Source of the DNA: a virus
Reading direction: 5' to 3' (one strand)
DNA length: 64,000 bases
Virus record (IMG/VR): IMGVR_UViG_3300017917_002644
Span: 1 to 64,000 of that record
The position numbers were made by a program, and so were the translations under genes. Numbering within the stretch: position 1 is the stretch's first letter; the number at the start of each line of letters is the position of its first letter. Positions 1 through 9,098 of the stretch are shown piece after piece. Under the pieces are notes generated by a model, which was not told the origin of the DNA, did no database searches, and was given only the letters and a program-made list of their open reading frames with translations.

Positions 1-405
1 TGCAACGATTAGTTGTTCTTTTTTCTTTGGTAAGTTATATCCTTTAATCTGGTCTACCAATTTACCTAAAAATCTGTCAACTTGTGGAGGTAGGGTTACA
101 TCCATATCTTCCAACTCTTCGTTTACATTTTCTTTAACAACTTTAGGTAAGTAAGTTGCACCACTATACCATTTTTTTTCAATTTTATGTTCTTTACCTT
201 TTTCATCTTTAACAGTAAAGGTAGAAGGGTTTACTTTAACTACTTTTCCTTTTTTTGGTTGAGCACTTCTTCCAATATTTTGCAATTCTTTTTCTGCATA
301 AAATTTTATAGTATCACCAACATTTGCGTCAAGTGTTACATACCCTTCGTTTACTTTTTTCAAAGAACCCATATTTACGGGAATAAATTGTGTTAATTTT
401 GCCAT
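1..405 (-). CDS. Hypothetical head-module protein, truncated by the window edge (not in the ORF track)
   Basis: Manual translation from ATG at 405: MAKLTQFIPVNMGSLKKVNEGYVTL...KEQLIVA, open to position 1. Starts 7 nt after the protease stop and contains VNE/VKE motifs. Confidence 0.75.
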   Translation of the reverse strand, partial: MAKLTQFIPVNMGSLKKVNEGYVTLDANVGDTIKFYAEKELQNIGRSAQPKKGKVVKVNPSTFTVKDEKGKEHKIEKKWYSGATYLPKVVKENVNEELEDMDVTLPPQVDRFLGKLVDQIKGYNLPKKKEQLIVA

Positions 406-412
406 TTTTATT

Positions 413-1003
413 TTAGTTTAATTCAATTATAATTTCTCTCATTAAGTCTTGTGCTTTACAGAACTTACCACATTCTTCAGCAACTTTTTTCCATTGTTTA
501 GATTCGTTGATTGGTGCCATAAATGCTCCATGAGTTGATGGGTTTGATACAAAGTCCCAACCAACTAATTCAAAATCTTCCTGAACCATTACAGTACCAT
601 CTACCATCTCTTTTACTGAACCTAATCCTCTGGATGAAATACCTAAACGGATATTGTTTTTTAACAACTCTCTAAGAATGTTACCAGATGGAGTAGAAAG
701 GATTTCAACCGTTCCCATTACATCATCACCTTCCCACCAAATTTCTCTAATGTTGTGAGAAACGTTTTTAAGGTTGATAACCGGTGAATCCGGGTGGTCT
801 AATTCTCCCAATGCTCTTCTTTCTTTAATGAGTTGTTCGTATTTTTGGCACTCTCTCTCCAAAATATCTTTAGGGTATCTTCTATTATTTTGGTTTGGGG
901 CACCTGCTCTTTGTAGAACTCCCTTTACCAAATAAGTTCCATTAGATTCTTCTTGAAGTTTTGCTTCAAATAAGTGAGTTTCTATTAATAATCCTTTACT
1001 CAT
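413..1003 (-). CDS. gp21: Prohead core protein protease (T4 gp21-like)
   Basis: Motifs NxNxRxYP, ALGELDHP (His), LGISSRGLGS (Ser), WDFVSNPS (Asp); lies in the head module with the portal. Confidence 0.95.
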   Translation of the reverse strand: MSKGLLIETHLFEAKLQEESNGTYLVKGVLQRAGAPNQNNRRYPKDILERECQKYEQLIKERRALGELDHPDSPVINLKNVSHNIREIWWEGDDVMGTVEILSTPSGNILRELLKNNIRLGISSRGLGSVKEMVDGTVMVQEDFELVGWDFVSNPSTHGAFMAPINESKQWKKVAEECGKFCKAQDLMREIIIELN

Positions 1004-1419
1004 TATTTTATATCGTTTTTTGCTTTATATACTACTTTATCCATTATACTTTTGTCATTCCAAGATTTCAAAAGTATAGTTTTTAATTGGTTTGTCAATT
1101 CTGTTTTATCCAATTTACCATCGGAATTTCTAACTTCCTTTACTATATATATTTTAACATCGGTTAGATTTAATATTTTATCAACCGCATTGTTATCCAT
1201 TCCTTTATGCGTATCAACTATCTTTGATATCTTTTCAACAACCCCATCATCTTTGTATAGGTTTGTTATGATAGTTTTTACAGCACCTTTGTAATCACCC
1301 TTACCACTAAAATACTTAAATCCCTTCTCAATTAAATCTATTAAAAAATAATAGATAATATTACTAATAACTAAAGAACCAAATGCAGCAATTAAACCTA
1401 TTAGTAGGTTTTCATTTAC
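1003..1419 (-). CDS. Probable -1 frameshift extension of 1416..1727, with a transmembrane segment (track calls only 1003..1200)
   Basis: Frame is open from 1440 to 1003 with no ATG/GTG/TTG before 1200. Reads VNENLLIGLIAAFGSLVISNIIYYFLIDLIEKG...KGMDNNAVDK. Entered through the A10 run at 1420-1429. Confidence 0.6.
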   Translation of the reverse strand, partial: VNENLLIGLIAAFGSLVISNIIYYFLIDLIEKGFKYFSGKGDYKGAVKTIITNLYKDDGVVEKISKIVDTHKGMDNNAVDKILNLTDVKIYIVKEVRNSDGKLDKTELTNQLKTILLKSWNDKSIMDKVVYKAKNDIK

Positions 1420-1425
1420 TTTTTT
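1394..1425 (-). other. Candidate -1 ribosomal frameshift signal: A_AAA_AAG slippery site plus downstream hairpin
   Basis: CAA AAA AAA AAG TAA, then after a 7-nt spacer the stem AAACCTA-CTAA-TAGGTTT (1411-1394). Confidence 0.6.
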
Positions 1426-1727
1426 TTTTGAGCCTCGTTTTTACTTGCTCTTAATGCTGCTAAATCACTTGCCTCAATCTCACCATCTTTATCAACATCT
1501 ATTTTTTCTTGGTTTCCTGGTAGGTTTTCGTTATATCCTCTCAATCTACCTTCGGTTTTTGCTTTATATGCTTTATCAACTGCATTGAAAAATGCCTTTT
1601 TCTCATCATCACTCATAGAAGGTATAGATTTACCACTCTTATCCAACATAGTTTTGAATAATTGTTGGTAATCTTCTTCTTCTCTAACTACCTGTCTTAT
1701 AAGTTCTTTAAGTTGATTTACTTTCAT
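1416..1727 (-). CDS. Putative prohead core/internal protein
   Basis: N-terminal LKELIRQVVREE helix, YNE/KNE sites, EF-hand-like DVDKDGEIEASDL; lies between portal and protease. Confidence 0.6.
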   Translation of the reverse strand: MKVNQLKELIRQVVREEEDYQQLFKTMLDKSGKSIPSMSDDEKKAFFNAVDKAYKAKTEGRLRGYNENLPGNQEKIDVDKDGEIEASDLAALRASKNEAQKKK

Positions 1728-2734
1728 TATTGTGATATTTTACGAATTTGTTGTTCTAATCTAACCAATCTCTCTTTTATCTTATAAATATTACTATTAG
1801 TTCTTTTCCAGAAATTTTCGTTAGATACTCCATTTTCTTGCTTAATTCTACCATACCAATTTAGGAACTTTTCCATTTCGGCAAGTTGTTTATTGATGTT
1901 TGATATTCCCTTACCGATTTTAGTTGTAGCAGGTGCATCTTCTTTTTTAAGTTCAATCCAACGATTTTCTGTAACGATTACTTTATATTTAGAAGATTTG
2001 TTTTCGTTTACAACACTATATCCTGTCAAATCAGCTTGTCTTTTTCCCTTTTTCTTTTCGTTTTCAGGTTTTCCAAATGCATAAGGAGTATCATATGGTC
2101 CTGCTGCATCTGAAGTTGTCATCTCTTTAATAGATAATCCTAATTCTTCTTCAACCTCTTGGATTTCATCATAACCCATTGCGTGTAATTCTCTAACAAT
2201 ATCCAATCTACTTGCGTTTTTATCACCAGTTACTACGATTGCAACTTGTTTTCTTACAGAAGGAGTTCCGTTGTGATAATACTGCATCACTCTCTTAAAG
2301 TGTATATCACCACTACCCATTTCATCAATATCACCCTTTAGTTCGGCATCTTTATACAGACCACTAACTTTGGCATCTAATTCTGCTTGAAGTTTTTTCT
2401 TTAAGATTGTTAATTTTTTAAGAGCTTCGATGTGCTTTTTTTCTTCCGGAGTTCCTTTGGTTTTTTTGTATTGGTTTAAATGGTTTTCCATTGCATCCAA
2501 TACTTTAGAATACTCCGTATGGATTGTTTTAACTCCCCTTGCTTCTTTTACAATGATTTCTTTAATCTTATCAGGAAGTTCTTTATGTTTTGTTGATGCG
2601 AAATCTTTAGCAGATTTTTTATCCATATCTGCTGCTACTTTTGCAACTTCTGGAGATGGGGCTTCCATATCACCCTTTTGAGTAGCATGGACCATTCCCA
2701 TAAATTTCTGTTGTGCTTTACTTACCGCTGGCAT
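1727..2734 (-). CDS. Modular head-associated protein with DUF3008-like N-terminus
   Basis: Starts MPAVSKAQQKFMG; modules separated by VKE/IDE/IKE/VNE/VTE; C-terminal coiled coil. Confidence 0.55.
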   Translation of the reverse strand: MPAVSKAQQKFMGMVHATQKGDMEAPSPEVAKVAADMDKKSAKDFASTKHKELPDKIKEIIVKEARGVKTIHTEYSKVLDAMENHLNQYKKTKGTPEEKKHIEALKKLTILKKKLQAELDAKVSGLYKDAELKGDIDEMGSGDIHFKRVMQYYHNGTPSVRKQVAIVVTGDKNASRLDIVRELHAMGYDEIQEVEEELGLSIKEMTTSDAAGPYDTPYAFGKPENEKKKGKRQADLTGYSVVNENKSSKYKVIVTENRWIELKKEDAPATTKIGKGISNINKQLAEMEKFLNWYGRIKQENGVSNENFWKRTNSNIYKIKERLVRLEQQIRKISQ

Positions 2735-3590
2735 CTTTCAATTCTTTTAGTAGTTCATAAGACATCATAAGAGCAGATAAGTGTTGTTCTTTAATCTTTT
2801 TAACAGATTTAACCTTTCTAATGTTTGAGATTGTTTCTGCTAATTTGATTTTTGTTACTTTATCTGTTAATTTGGAACCTACTTCTTTTAATTGAGTAAT
2901 AATATTGGTTACAGATTTAGAAACATATTCGTTCAATTTACCTGTATTGTTGATATTATTGATATATTCTCTCAATAAAGATTTTTGTTCTACGGTAAGG
3001 TTTTTGTATTTTGTGTTAAAGTTTTCTACTAAAAACTTATAAGAAATTGCTCTTAAGTCTTCATCTTGCTTTCTGTATTCCTCCATAACTGCATCTTTGA
3101 TTTTTGCATCTTTATTTTGGATAGATGAATTGATAATATTTTCCGTAATTGTGAAACGAGAACTCACAATATCTGTCGGGTCAAATTGTTCTTGAGATGT
3201 TGTTACTTCAAATATTTTGTAAATTGAAGCCAACGCCTTATAGTTAGAAATTGGTGATTTAATAAAATCATCAATGTTATATGTTTCTTTAATTTCTTTA
3301 ATTAGATTGTATTTTTCTTTGGTAAGTTTTTTCTCATCCAATCTTTTTCTTGCTTCACAGATGGTATCAATAAACTTTTCGGCTTTAGCTTCCGAATTAT
3401 ATTTTTCGTTTACCAAATACTGATATAATTTTAATTCTTTAGATAATTCTCTTTTAGAATTGAAATGTTCTTTCAAAATCTTTTCTGCAACTGATTTATT
3501 TGATGACATGATTTCTGCTGTAATTTGTCTTACAAGCAACTCAAATATAAATCCTGTGTTTTTAAACTTTGAATGTTTTATTTTTTTCAT
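2718..3590 (-). CDS. Hypothetical helical protein next to the portal (probable head assembly protein)
   Basis: 290-aa ORF (ATG at 3590; track starts at TTG 3593), preceded by an ATATTTATA motif. Confidence 0.6.
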   Translation of the reverse strand: MKKIKHSKFKNTGFIFELLVRQITAEIMSSNKSVAEKILKEHFNSKRELSKELKLYQYLVNEKYNSEAKAEKFIDTICEARKRLDEKKLTKEKYNLIKEIKETYNIDDFIKSPISNYKALASIYKIFEVTTSQEQFDPTDIVSSRFTITENIINSSIQNKDAKIKDAVMEEYRKQDEDLRAISYKFLVENFNTKYKNLTVEQKSLLREYINNINNTGKLNEYVSKSVTNIITQLKEVGSKLTDKVTKIKLAETISNIRKVKSVKKIKEQHLSALMMSYELLKELKDASGK

Positions 3591-3612
3591 CAATTTGTGT
3601 AGTTTTGTTAGA

Positions 3613-3621
3613 TATAAATAT
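3613..3621 (-). promoter_or_regulatory. Putative phage late promoter ATATTTATA
   Basis: Recurrent intergenic motif, 22 nt upstream of ATG 3590. Confidence 0.6.
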
Positions 3622-3638
3622 ATCTTTATATTACTTTA

Positions 3639-5384
3639 TTACTTTTTTGTTAAATCTTCGGTTAAAATAGTTTTTTTGTTACCATTCATATCCTTAAATA
3701 CCTCTAAATAAGTATTCATTCTTGGTTTGTATTTTACAGAACCTTCTCTTTGTTTTAAGGTTTTAATACCCAATGGGTCTCTACCTTCTGGATGGTCATC
3801 TTTACCGTATCTAACCGGGTCTTTAGGTCTACCAACTTTTCCTTCTTCTTCTAATTCGTTTTTAATTTTTTCGATTTCTTCTTCTACGTTAGTTGGTGCT
3901 TCTGTACCCGTTTCGTTTGCAGGGTCTATACCTTGCGTTTCAATTGATGTTAAACGGAACATTTGTTTAGTATCATCCAACACTTGCAATGTCATATCGT
4001 TTTGCTCATCTTCCGCCATTCCCATAATAGATTCGTACATCCATTCTTTAGAGAACATCTTTGTTTGTTGCATTTGTTGGATTAGTTGAACTTTTGAGTT
4101 ATACAATTCAACTTTTTCTTGTTCGTATATTTTTGATGGAATTGTTAATTCTAAACTGAAATCGGTTAAACGGTCATCATCAATACCTTGTGCATATAGG
4201 TGAACGATTGCAATTTTTGTTAATTCTGAAATTAATACTCTTTGTATTCTTTCGATTGTTTTTGCAAATCTAATATCCTGTGATGCTAAAGTTGCTTTAC
4301 CATTAACATCCTCTTCATATCCCATATATGCTTTTGGTATCTTTAATGATGCCATTAACTTACCTTTTAGATAGTTTAGGTCATCAATCATATTGTACTC
4401 CAATCCTTTTAGAGTATCAATTGATGTTCCGTTATCACTACCCCTTACTGGCATATAGTAATCCTCAATAAGGTTTTGTATATTATATTTTAAGTTATAT
4501 TCACCTGTTCTTTCATCAACAAATGGAACTTTTTTAGAGTTATTGATAATCTTTTGCATGTAGTTATCCACTTCGTTTGGTGGAATGTTACCCACATCTA
4601 CCTTAAATATCCTCTTTTCAGGTGCTCTCATCACTCTGTGAATTAACATTGCATCTTCCATCAACATTAATTGTTTCCAAACTCTTCTACCGCCTTCAAT
4701 CATAGATTTTCCGTAAGGTAGGAAGTTTGAGTCGGAGTTCAAACGGAAGTGTGCCATTTCATAGTTCTCAAACTCTTTCTTTGCAGATTGAGATGCCGCA
4801 CCGTATGGGTTTTGATAAGGAGCGTATAAGAACTTTACTCTTTGTGGGTTTTCTGGATCAAATTGTTCAACTCTACTCATCTCATAACAAGACATTGGCA
4901 TCACATTCACAATACCCAATTTGTCTGCTATTTCTAATTGTAAAAAGAAATCTCCGTATTTAACTAAGTTTCTTGTCCAAGGCCAAAGATTGAACTCTAA
5001 GTTTAGGATATCAAAGAAAAGGTTTTCTAAGATTTGTTTTACGTTATCGTCTGCATGATGGATTTTAAGAACACTACCCATTTCGTTTCTTGCAGTACAT
5101 TCATCTGCATATACATCTAATGCCGATGAAAGGATAGGGTCAGTATCCATTGAATCGTAATCTCTAAATAAGTCAATACGAACTTGTTGGTATGCCATAG
5201 AAGACTCTGCGGCTCCATTTCCATAGTTTGTAACTTTTAATTTCATAAACCTATCAACGAGGTTTGTAGTCATATTCTGATATTCATCAGTATCTACGAC
5301 CTTTACTCCGGTTGCGGTTTTACGAACTATGGTGTTTGTTGAAAATAATTTTTGTAACCTACCGAATATTGATTTATCTGCCAT
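3639..5384 (-). CDS. gp20: Portal vertex protein (T4 gp20-like)
   Basis: QLMLMEDAMLIHRVMRAPEKRIFKVDVGNIP, EDYYMPVRG, TSIDTLKG, DIRFAKTIERIQ. Confidence 0.95.
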   Translation of the reverse strand: MADKSIFGRLQKLFSTNTIVRKTATGVKVVDTDEYQNMTTNLVDRFMKLKVTNYGNGAAESSMAYQQVRIDLFRDYDSMDTDPILSSALDVYADECTARNEMGSVLKIHHADDNVKQILENLFFDILNLEFNLWPWTRNLVKYGDFFLQLEIADKLGIVNVMPMSCYEMSRVEQFDPENPQRVKFLYAPYQNPYGAASQSAKKEFENYEMAHFRLNSDSNFLPYGKSMIEGGRRVWKQLMLMEDAMLIHRVMRAPEKRIFKVDVGNIPPNEVDNYMQKIINNSKKVPFVDERTGEYNLKYNIQNLIEDYYMPVRGSDNGTSIDTLKGLEYNMIDDLNYLKGKLMASLKIPKAYMGYEEDVNGKATLASQDIRFAKTIERIQRVLISELTKIAIVHLYAQGIDDDRLTDFSLELTIPSKIYEQEKVELYNSKVQLIQQMQQTKMFSKEWMYESIMGMAEDEQNDMTLQVLDDTKQMFRLTSIETQGIDPANETGTEAPTNVEEEIEKIKNELEEEGKVGRPKDPVRYGKDDHPEGRDPLGIKTLKQREGSVKYKPRMNTYLEVFKDMNGNKKTILTEDLTKK

Positions 5385-5406
5385 TTCTTATTTCTATATG
5401 TTTTAA

Positions 5407-5438
5407 CAAAGATACGAAAATTATTTGATTTTTCCAAA
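5407..5438 (-). promoter_or_regulatory. Bacteroidota sigmaA-type promoter (-33 TTTG, -7 TAnnTTTG) upstream of portal
   Basis: TTTG(5438-5435)-N20-TATCTTTG(5414-5407). Confidence 0.75.
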
Positions 5439-5465
5439 TAACTTACTCACTATCAATGAATTATA

Positions 5466-6515
5466 TTACCACTTTCTGCAAGACCAGTATCTTGCTTTCC
5501 ATCTTGGACCTGGATTATCACAATTGTGTCTTGCTCTGAAACTTCTTCTTCTATCTGGATTTGATTTTTTAATTTTAACACCTTTTTGTCCAAAATTTAC
5601 TTTAACAACATTACCTTTGTCGTTTTTAACATAAACTTTGAATTTTTTAACATCACCTGCCATTGGTTTTCCCAATTTCACTTTTCTACCCTGATACTCT
5701 GCTTCTAATAAACAAGGACAAGTTGCTTCGCTTAATTGTTTGTTGTATTCTTTCATAAAAATGATGAAATCTTTTACATCATCTTCGTTTTCTACATCGT
5801 ATTCTATTGGTTCAACATATCCGTATTCTACCTCATCATCTGCATCTCTCAAATTTGGATGATTTGGATATTCATCTTCTTCAGAAATTTGGTTTAATAG
5901 TTTTTCGTATTCTGATTTAGGTGCTGGGGTTCTTTTTTGTAATTGTTGAACAATTTCTTTCCATGCATCATCGTATCTTTTTTTATCAGTAGGTGGTAAT
6001 TGTCTTTTTAAGAAATATATGAAACTCATTATTTCCGATTTATCTTCTTTCCACCACTTAGACATATCTGGAAAGTTTTCATTTATATTTTCATTTACAG
6101 GAACACAATTTGGAACCATTTTATCTCCTTTTTCTTTCATTCCAACTTGTTTGTACCCATCCCAACAAGATTCACATAATCCGTTGGTATCTCCCTCATT
6201 ACAAGTTCTCCAACCACCACCCTTAGATTTGTAGTTTTTTGCTGCCCATCCGTTTGCGTATGCAGATGGATATACATCGAATTTTCTTTTAGCCGCTGCT
6301 TTAGAAGCAGACCATTTACCAGGGTCAGTTGGACAATTTTTTTCTAAGAATAAATTGATACGTTCTTCAATGTTGTTCAAAATTTTCATATTTTCGTTCT
6401 TTTTTCTACCTTGACAATGTGCTCTTTGTGAAAAACCTTTTGGATTGTTACAATTAATGGAGTTTTTATATTTTTGACTCCATTTTTCATTTATTGTATC
6501 AGATAGCTTTATCAT
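5466..6515 (-). CDS. Modular basic internal head protein with several small Cys/Trp/Lys-rich modules
   Basis: Leader MIKLSDTINE; modules KWSQKY..CNNPKGFSQRAHC, FDVYPSAYANG, CWDGY..VPNCVP and AEYQGRKV..RYWSCRKW, separated by x-x-E sites. Confidence 0.6.
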   Translation of the reverse strand: MIKLSDTINEKWSQKYKNSINCNNPKGFSQRAHCQGRKKNENMKILNNIEERINLFLEKNCPTDPGKWSASKAAAKRKFDVYPSAYANGWAAKNYKSKGGGWRTCNEGDTNGLCESCWDGYKQVGMKEKGDKMVPNCVPVNENINENFPDMSKWWKEDKSEIMSFIYFLKRQLPPTDKKRYDDAWKEIVQQLQKRTPAPKSEYEKLLNQISEEDEYPNHPNLRDADDEVEYGYVEPIEYDVENEDDVKDFIIFMKEYNKQLSEATCPCLLEAEYQGRKVKLGKPMAGDVKKFKVYVKNDKGNVVKVNFGQKGVKIKKSNPDRRRSFRARHNCDNPGPRWKARYWSCRKW

Positions 6516-6814
6516 TACGCTCCTGTTTTTACAAATGTTGGTTTTTGTCCTTTTGATTTTTCTCCACCTTTTTTAGCATCTCCTGCTTTATTTTGTGCTG
6601 CTCTTTTTCTTTTTACAAATGCCGCTCTACCATCTTTTCCTAATTTTGCAGCTTTTGCGTTTGATAAACATGCTGCATAAGATGAACCTTTTTTAGAGTC
6701 TCCACACTTACCTACCTTTTCACCTTTGGAATTGTATCTATCCCAACCACCAGTTGGTCCACTACCGAACCACTTTCTAAGGTCTTCATCCAAAAGGTCA
6801 ATTAATCTTATCAT
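6515..6814 (-). CDS. Small basic internal head protein (start revised from 6865 to 6814)
   Basis: MIRLIDLLDE leader then DLRKWFG..CG..YAACL; the track's upstream extension overlaps terL and the promoter motif. Confidence 0.65.
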   Translation of the reverse strand: MIRLIDLLDEDLRKWFGSGPTGGWDRYNSKGEKVGKCGDSKKGSSYAACLSNAKAAKLGKDGRAAFVKRKRAAQNKAGDAKKGGEKSKGQKPTFVKTGA

Positions 6815-6833
6815 TTGTAAATAATATCTATAA

Positions 6834-6842
6834 TATAAATAT
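6834..6842 (-). promoter_or_regulatory. Putative late promoter ATATTTATA
   Basis: In the gap between the terL stop and ATG 6814. Confidence 0.6.
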
Positions 6843-6849
6843 ACAATTT

Positions 6850-8457
6850 TTAACCAAGCAACCAAGTTAGATTTTCTTTTTCTCCTTTGCCCAAATCCAT
6901 CTCATATGGATTCTGACTCATATACCCAGTCGAAATCATTCCTTCGTATTTATTTATTTGAGATGCGTTCAACATACTCTTTGTTAAATCTATACCCTCT
7001 TGTCTTAAACGAAGTGCTGTATTTCTAACCCACAATCCAATTCCTAATGCCATCACCAAGTCATCATTATATCCCTTCATTGCTTCTGCTCTACCACCGT
7101 TCCAAACAAATGTAAATAATTCATCTATCAATCTTTGAGAACGAATGAGTATATCCTTATCGTTCATATAAGTATCTAATGTAGAAATAATTAGAGGACG
7201 GGTTTTTGATGTTGTTGAAAATCCTGCAACCATTTGTCTTTCTTCTCTGTAAAACTTATTGGTCATCTGTCTTTCAACATCAATATATTTTAGGTCATTA
7301 CTCATATAGAATAGGTTTTGGTATCCTCTATCTATTACCTGTTGAATACATGCCCAACCTACGTTTGAGTTTTCTACTACCAATAATGCATTGTTATATT
7401 CGGTTGCTAATGCTGTTAAGAAGTTTCCAAAATCTTTTGTATCAATTTTACCTCTATATTCTGCAACTTGCGAACTATCTTCTATATCAATAACTTGTGC
7501 AGTTGAATAATCGGCTCCATCTCCCCTCGCCACATCGGCTACAACCATATATTGTCTGTTGTAGTTTGGGTGTTCCCATACCCATAGGTTACTATCAAAT
7601 CCTCTCTTTTCAACCGGCTCCATTACATAAGTTTCTTTATACCATGTCAATAGTGCAGGGTCTATCACTGTATCACCGGAACCAACAAAGTCACAATCAC
7701 ATTCTTGTGCCGCACCTTTAATTCCCAAAATACGGGTCTGTTCATCTCTCCATGCCTGATTTCTTTCTGGATGAACTGTCCAATGTAGGTTGATACAATT
7801 GAAACCGTTTGTTCCACTTTCTCCCTCTACCCACATTTTGTGGAACCAGTTACCAATACCGTTTGGAGTTGATAATACAATTGCCGAACCACCTGTTGAT
7901 AGGGTTGATTGTGCCGATAACCAAATCTCATCAATATCTCTAATAAATGCCGCCTCATCCACAACCAATAAGGATAGTGCTTCAGAACGACCTGCATCTG
8001 GAGATGATGCGATTGCTTTTACTTGTGAACCATTCTTTAATTTAAGTGATAATTTGTTATCCTCTACCGATGATTGTCCACCATCTCTCAACCAAACAGG
8101 TAATAAATCGTGCATAACCCTTACTTTCTCTACCAAGTTTTTTGCAACCGTTACTTTAGTTGCAATAACCAATGCATTGAAATCCTGATTAAACAACATT
8201 TTCCACAGAATAAATCCTGCAGAAAGTGTAGATAAACCTAATTGTCGTGATTTTAGAATAATGTTAAAACGATTCTCTTTGAAATCCGTTAAACACTCCT
8301 CCTGAAAAGGATAAAGGTGAAAGGGTATTTTTCCTCTCACCGGATGTTGAATAACGCAGTATTTTTTCATAAAGTAAATGGGGTCTCCCGCACACTTACG
8401 ATATTCTTCTGCTATAATTTGTTTTAGGCTCTTTTGAGGTTGCCCTTGAACTGCCAT
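6850..8457 (-). CDS. terL: Terminase large subunit (T4 gp17-like)
   Basis: Walker A ILKSRQLGLST, Walker B LVVDEAAF, STPNG, nuclease motifs ADVARGDGADYS and NDDLVMA. Confidence 0.96.
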   Translation of the reverse strand: MAVQGQPQKSLKQIIAEEYRKCAGDPIYFMKKYCVIQHPVRGKIPFHLYPFQEECLTDFKENRFNIILKSRQLGLSTLSAGFILWKMLFNQDFNALVIATKVTVAKNLVEKVRVMHDLLPVWLRDGGQSSVEDNKLSLKLKNGSQVKAIASSPDAGRSEALSLLVVDEAAFIRDIDEIWLSAQSTLSTGGSAIVLSTPNGIGNWFHKMWVEGESGTNGFNCINLHWTVHPERNQAWRDEQTRILGIKGAAQECDCDFVGSGDTVIDPALLTWYKETYVMEPVEKRGFDSNLWVWEHPNYNRQYMVVADVARGDGADYSTAQVIDIEDSSQVAEYRGKIDTKDFGNFLTALATEYNNALLVVENSNVGWACIQQVIDRGYQNLFYMSNDLKYIDVERQMTNKFYREERQMVAGFSTTSKTRPLIISTLDTYMNDKDILIRSQRLIDELFTFVWNGGRAEAMKGYNDDLVMALGIGLWVRNTALRLRQEGIDLTKSMLNASQINKYEGMISTGYMSQNPYEMDLGKGEKENLTWLLG

Positions 8458-9098
8458 TACTTTCCTAATTTAATTTTCCAATATGCACCCACACCAATAT
8501 AAGGAGTAAATGCACCGTTTGTACCATCAGTAGTTGTGTTTAATACGCCACCACCAATTTGATACAATTTATCTTTTTTGGTTTTTAAGATAAATCCACC
8601 ACCAATTGTACTAACTAAATCTTTTTTGTTTAAGTTAGAATTAAAACCAAAATATAATTGGTTTTTTGGTAATTCTTTTACAATAGTTGTTTCTTTGATA
8701 GTTCTTTGTTTTACACTCGCATTGAAAGTTCTACCTAAGATTTTGTTTTGTGTAATTGTATCTGTTACCGCAACTGTTCCTAATGAGTCAGGTAAAGTTA
8801 ATACATCTTTATACACATTTTTTGCATAGTAGTTTTGTAAAAGTGCTTGAGTATCAACAACTGCAGGGATTTGAACTTCTTTAATTGTTTCGTGGTAAAT
8901 ATCTTCACCTCTTTTTGTAACAACTTTTGTTTTAACCACATCTACTGTGTCAATAATTCTTTTAATCACTTCGTATTTTTTACCATCTACTTTGATGATT
9001 TCTCCTGTGATTTTTGATGCAATACCGAAATATTCTATTCCTACAAAGATTAATAATACTACGATTGCAATGTTTTTTACTGATAAATACTTTTTCAT
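8457..9098 (-). CDS. Membrane-anchored protein with C-terminal amphipathic beta-strands (possible spanin-like lysis protein)
   Basis: N-terminal TM IAIVVLLIFVGIEYFGIA; ends PYIGVGAYWKIKLGK. Confidence 0.4.
   Translation of the reverse strand: MKKYLSVKNIAIVVLLIFVGIEYFGIASKITGEIIKVDGKKYEVIKRIIDTVDVVKTKVVTKRGEDIYHETIKEVQIPAVVDTQALLQNYYAKNVYKDVLTLPDSLGTVAVTDTITQNKILGRTFNASVKQRTIKETTIVKELPKNQLYFGFNSNLNKKDLVSTIGGGFILKTKKDKLYQIGGGVLNTTTDGTNGAFTPYIGVGAYWKIKLGK

Noticed and set aside
1401-1415. ATG directly after the 1416 stop as the start of the next gene
   Set aside because: It reads ATG AAA ACC TAC TAA (4 codons) and is not in frame with the TM-containing ORF.
3630-3650. A_AAA_AAG before the portal stop codon as a second frameshift
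   Set aside because: The -1 frame stops after three codons (VIK*) and there is no hairpin.
6815-6865. Track's N-terminal extension of ORF 6515..6865 (likewise 45375-45425 and 22122-22142)
   Set aside because: The extensions overlap upstream genes, promoter motifs or a terminator; downstream ATGs match family N-termini.
6850-8457. Intein or intron in terminase, portal or primase
   Set aside because: The ORFs are continuous and of normal length, with no splicing or homing-endonuclease motifs seen.
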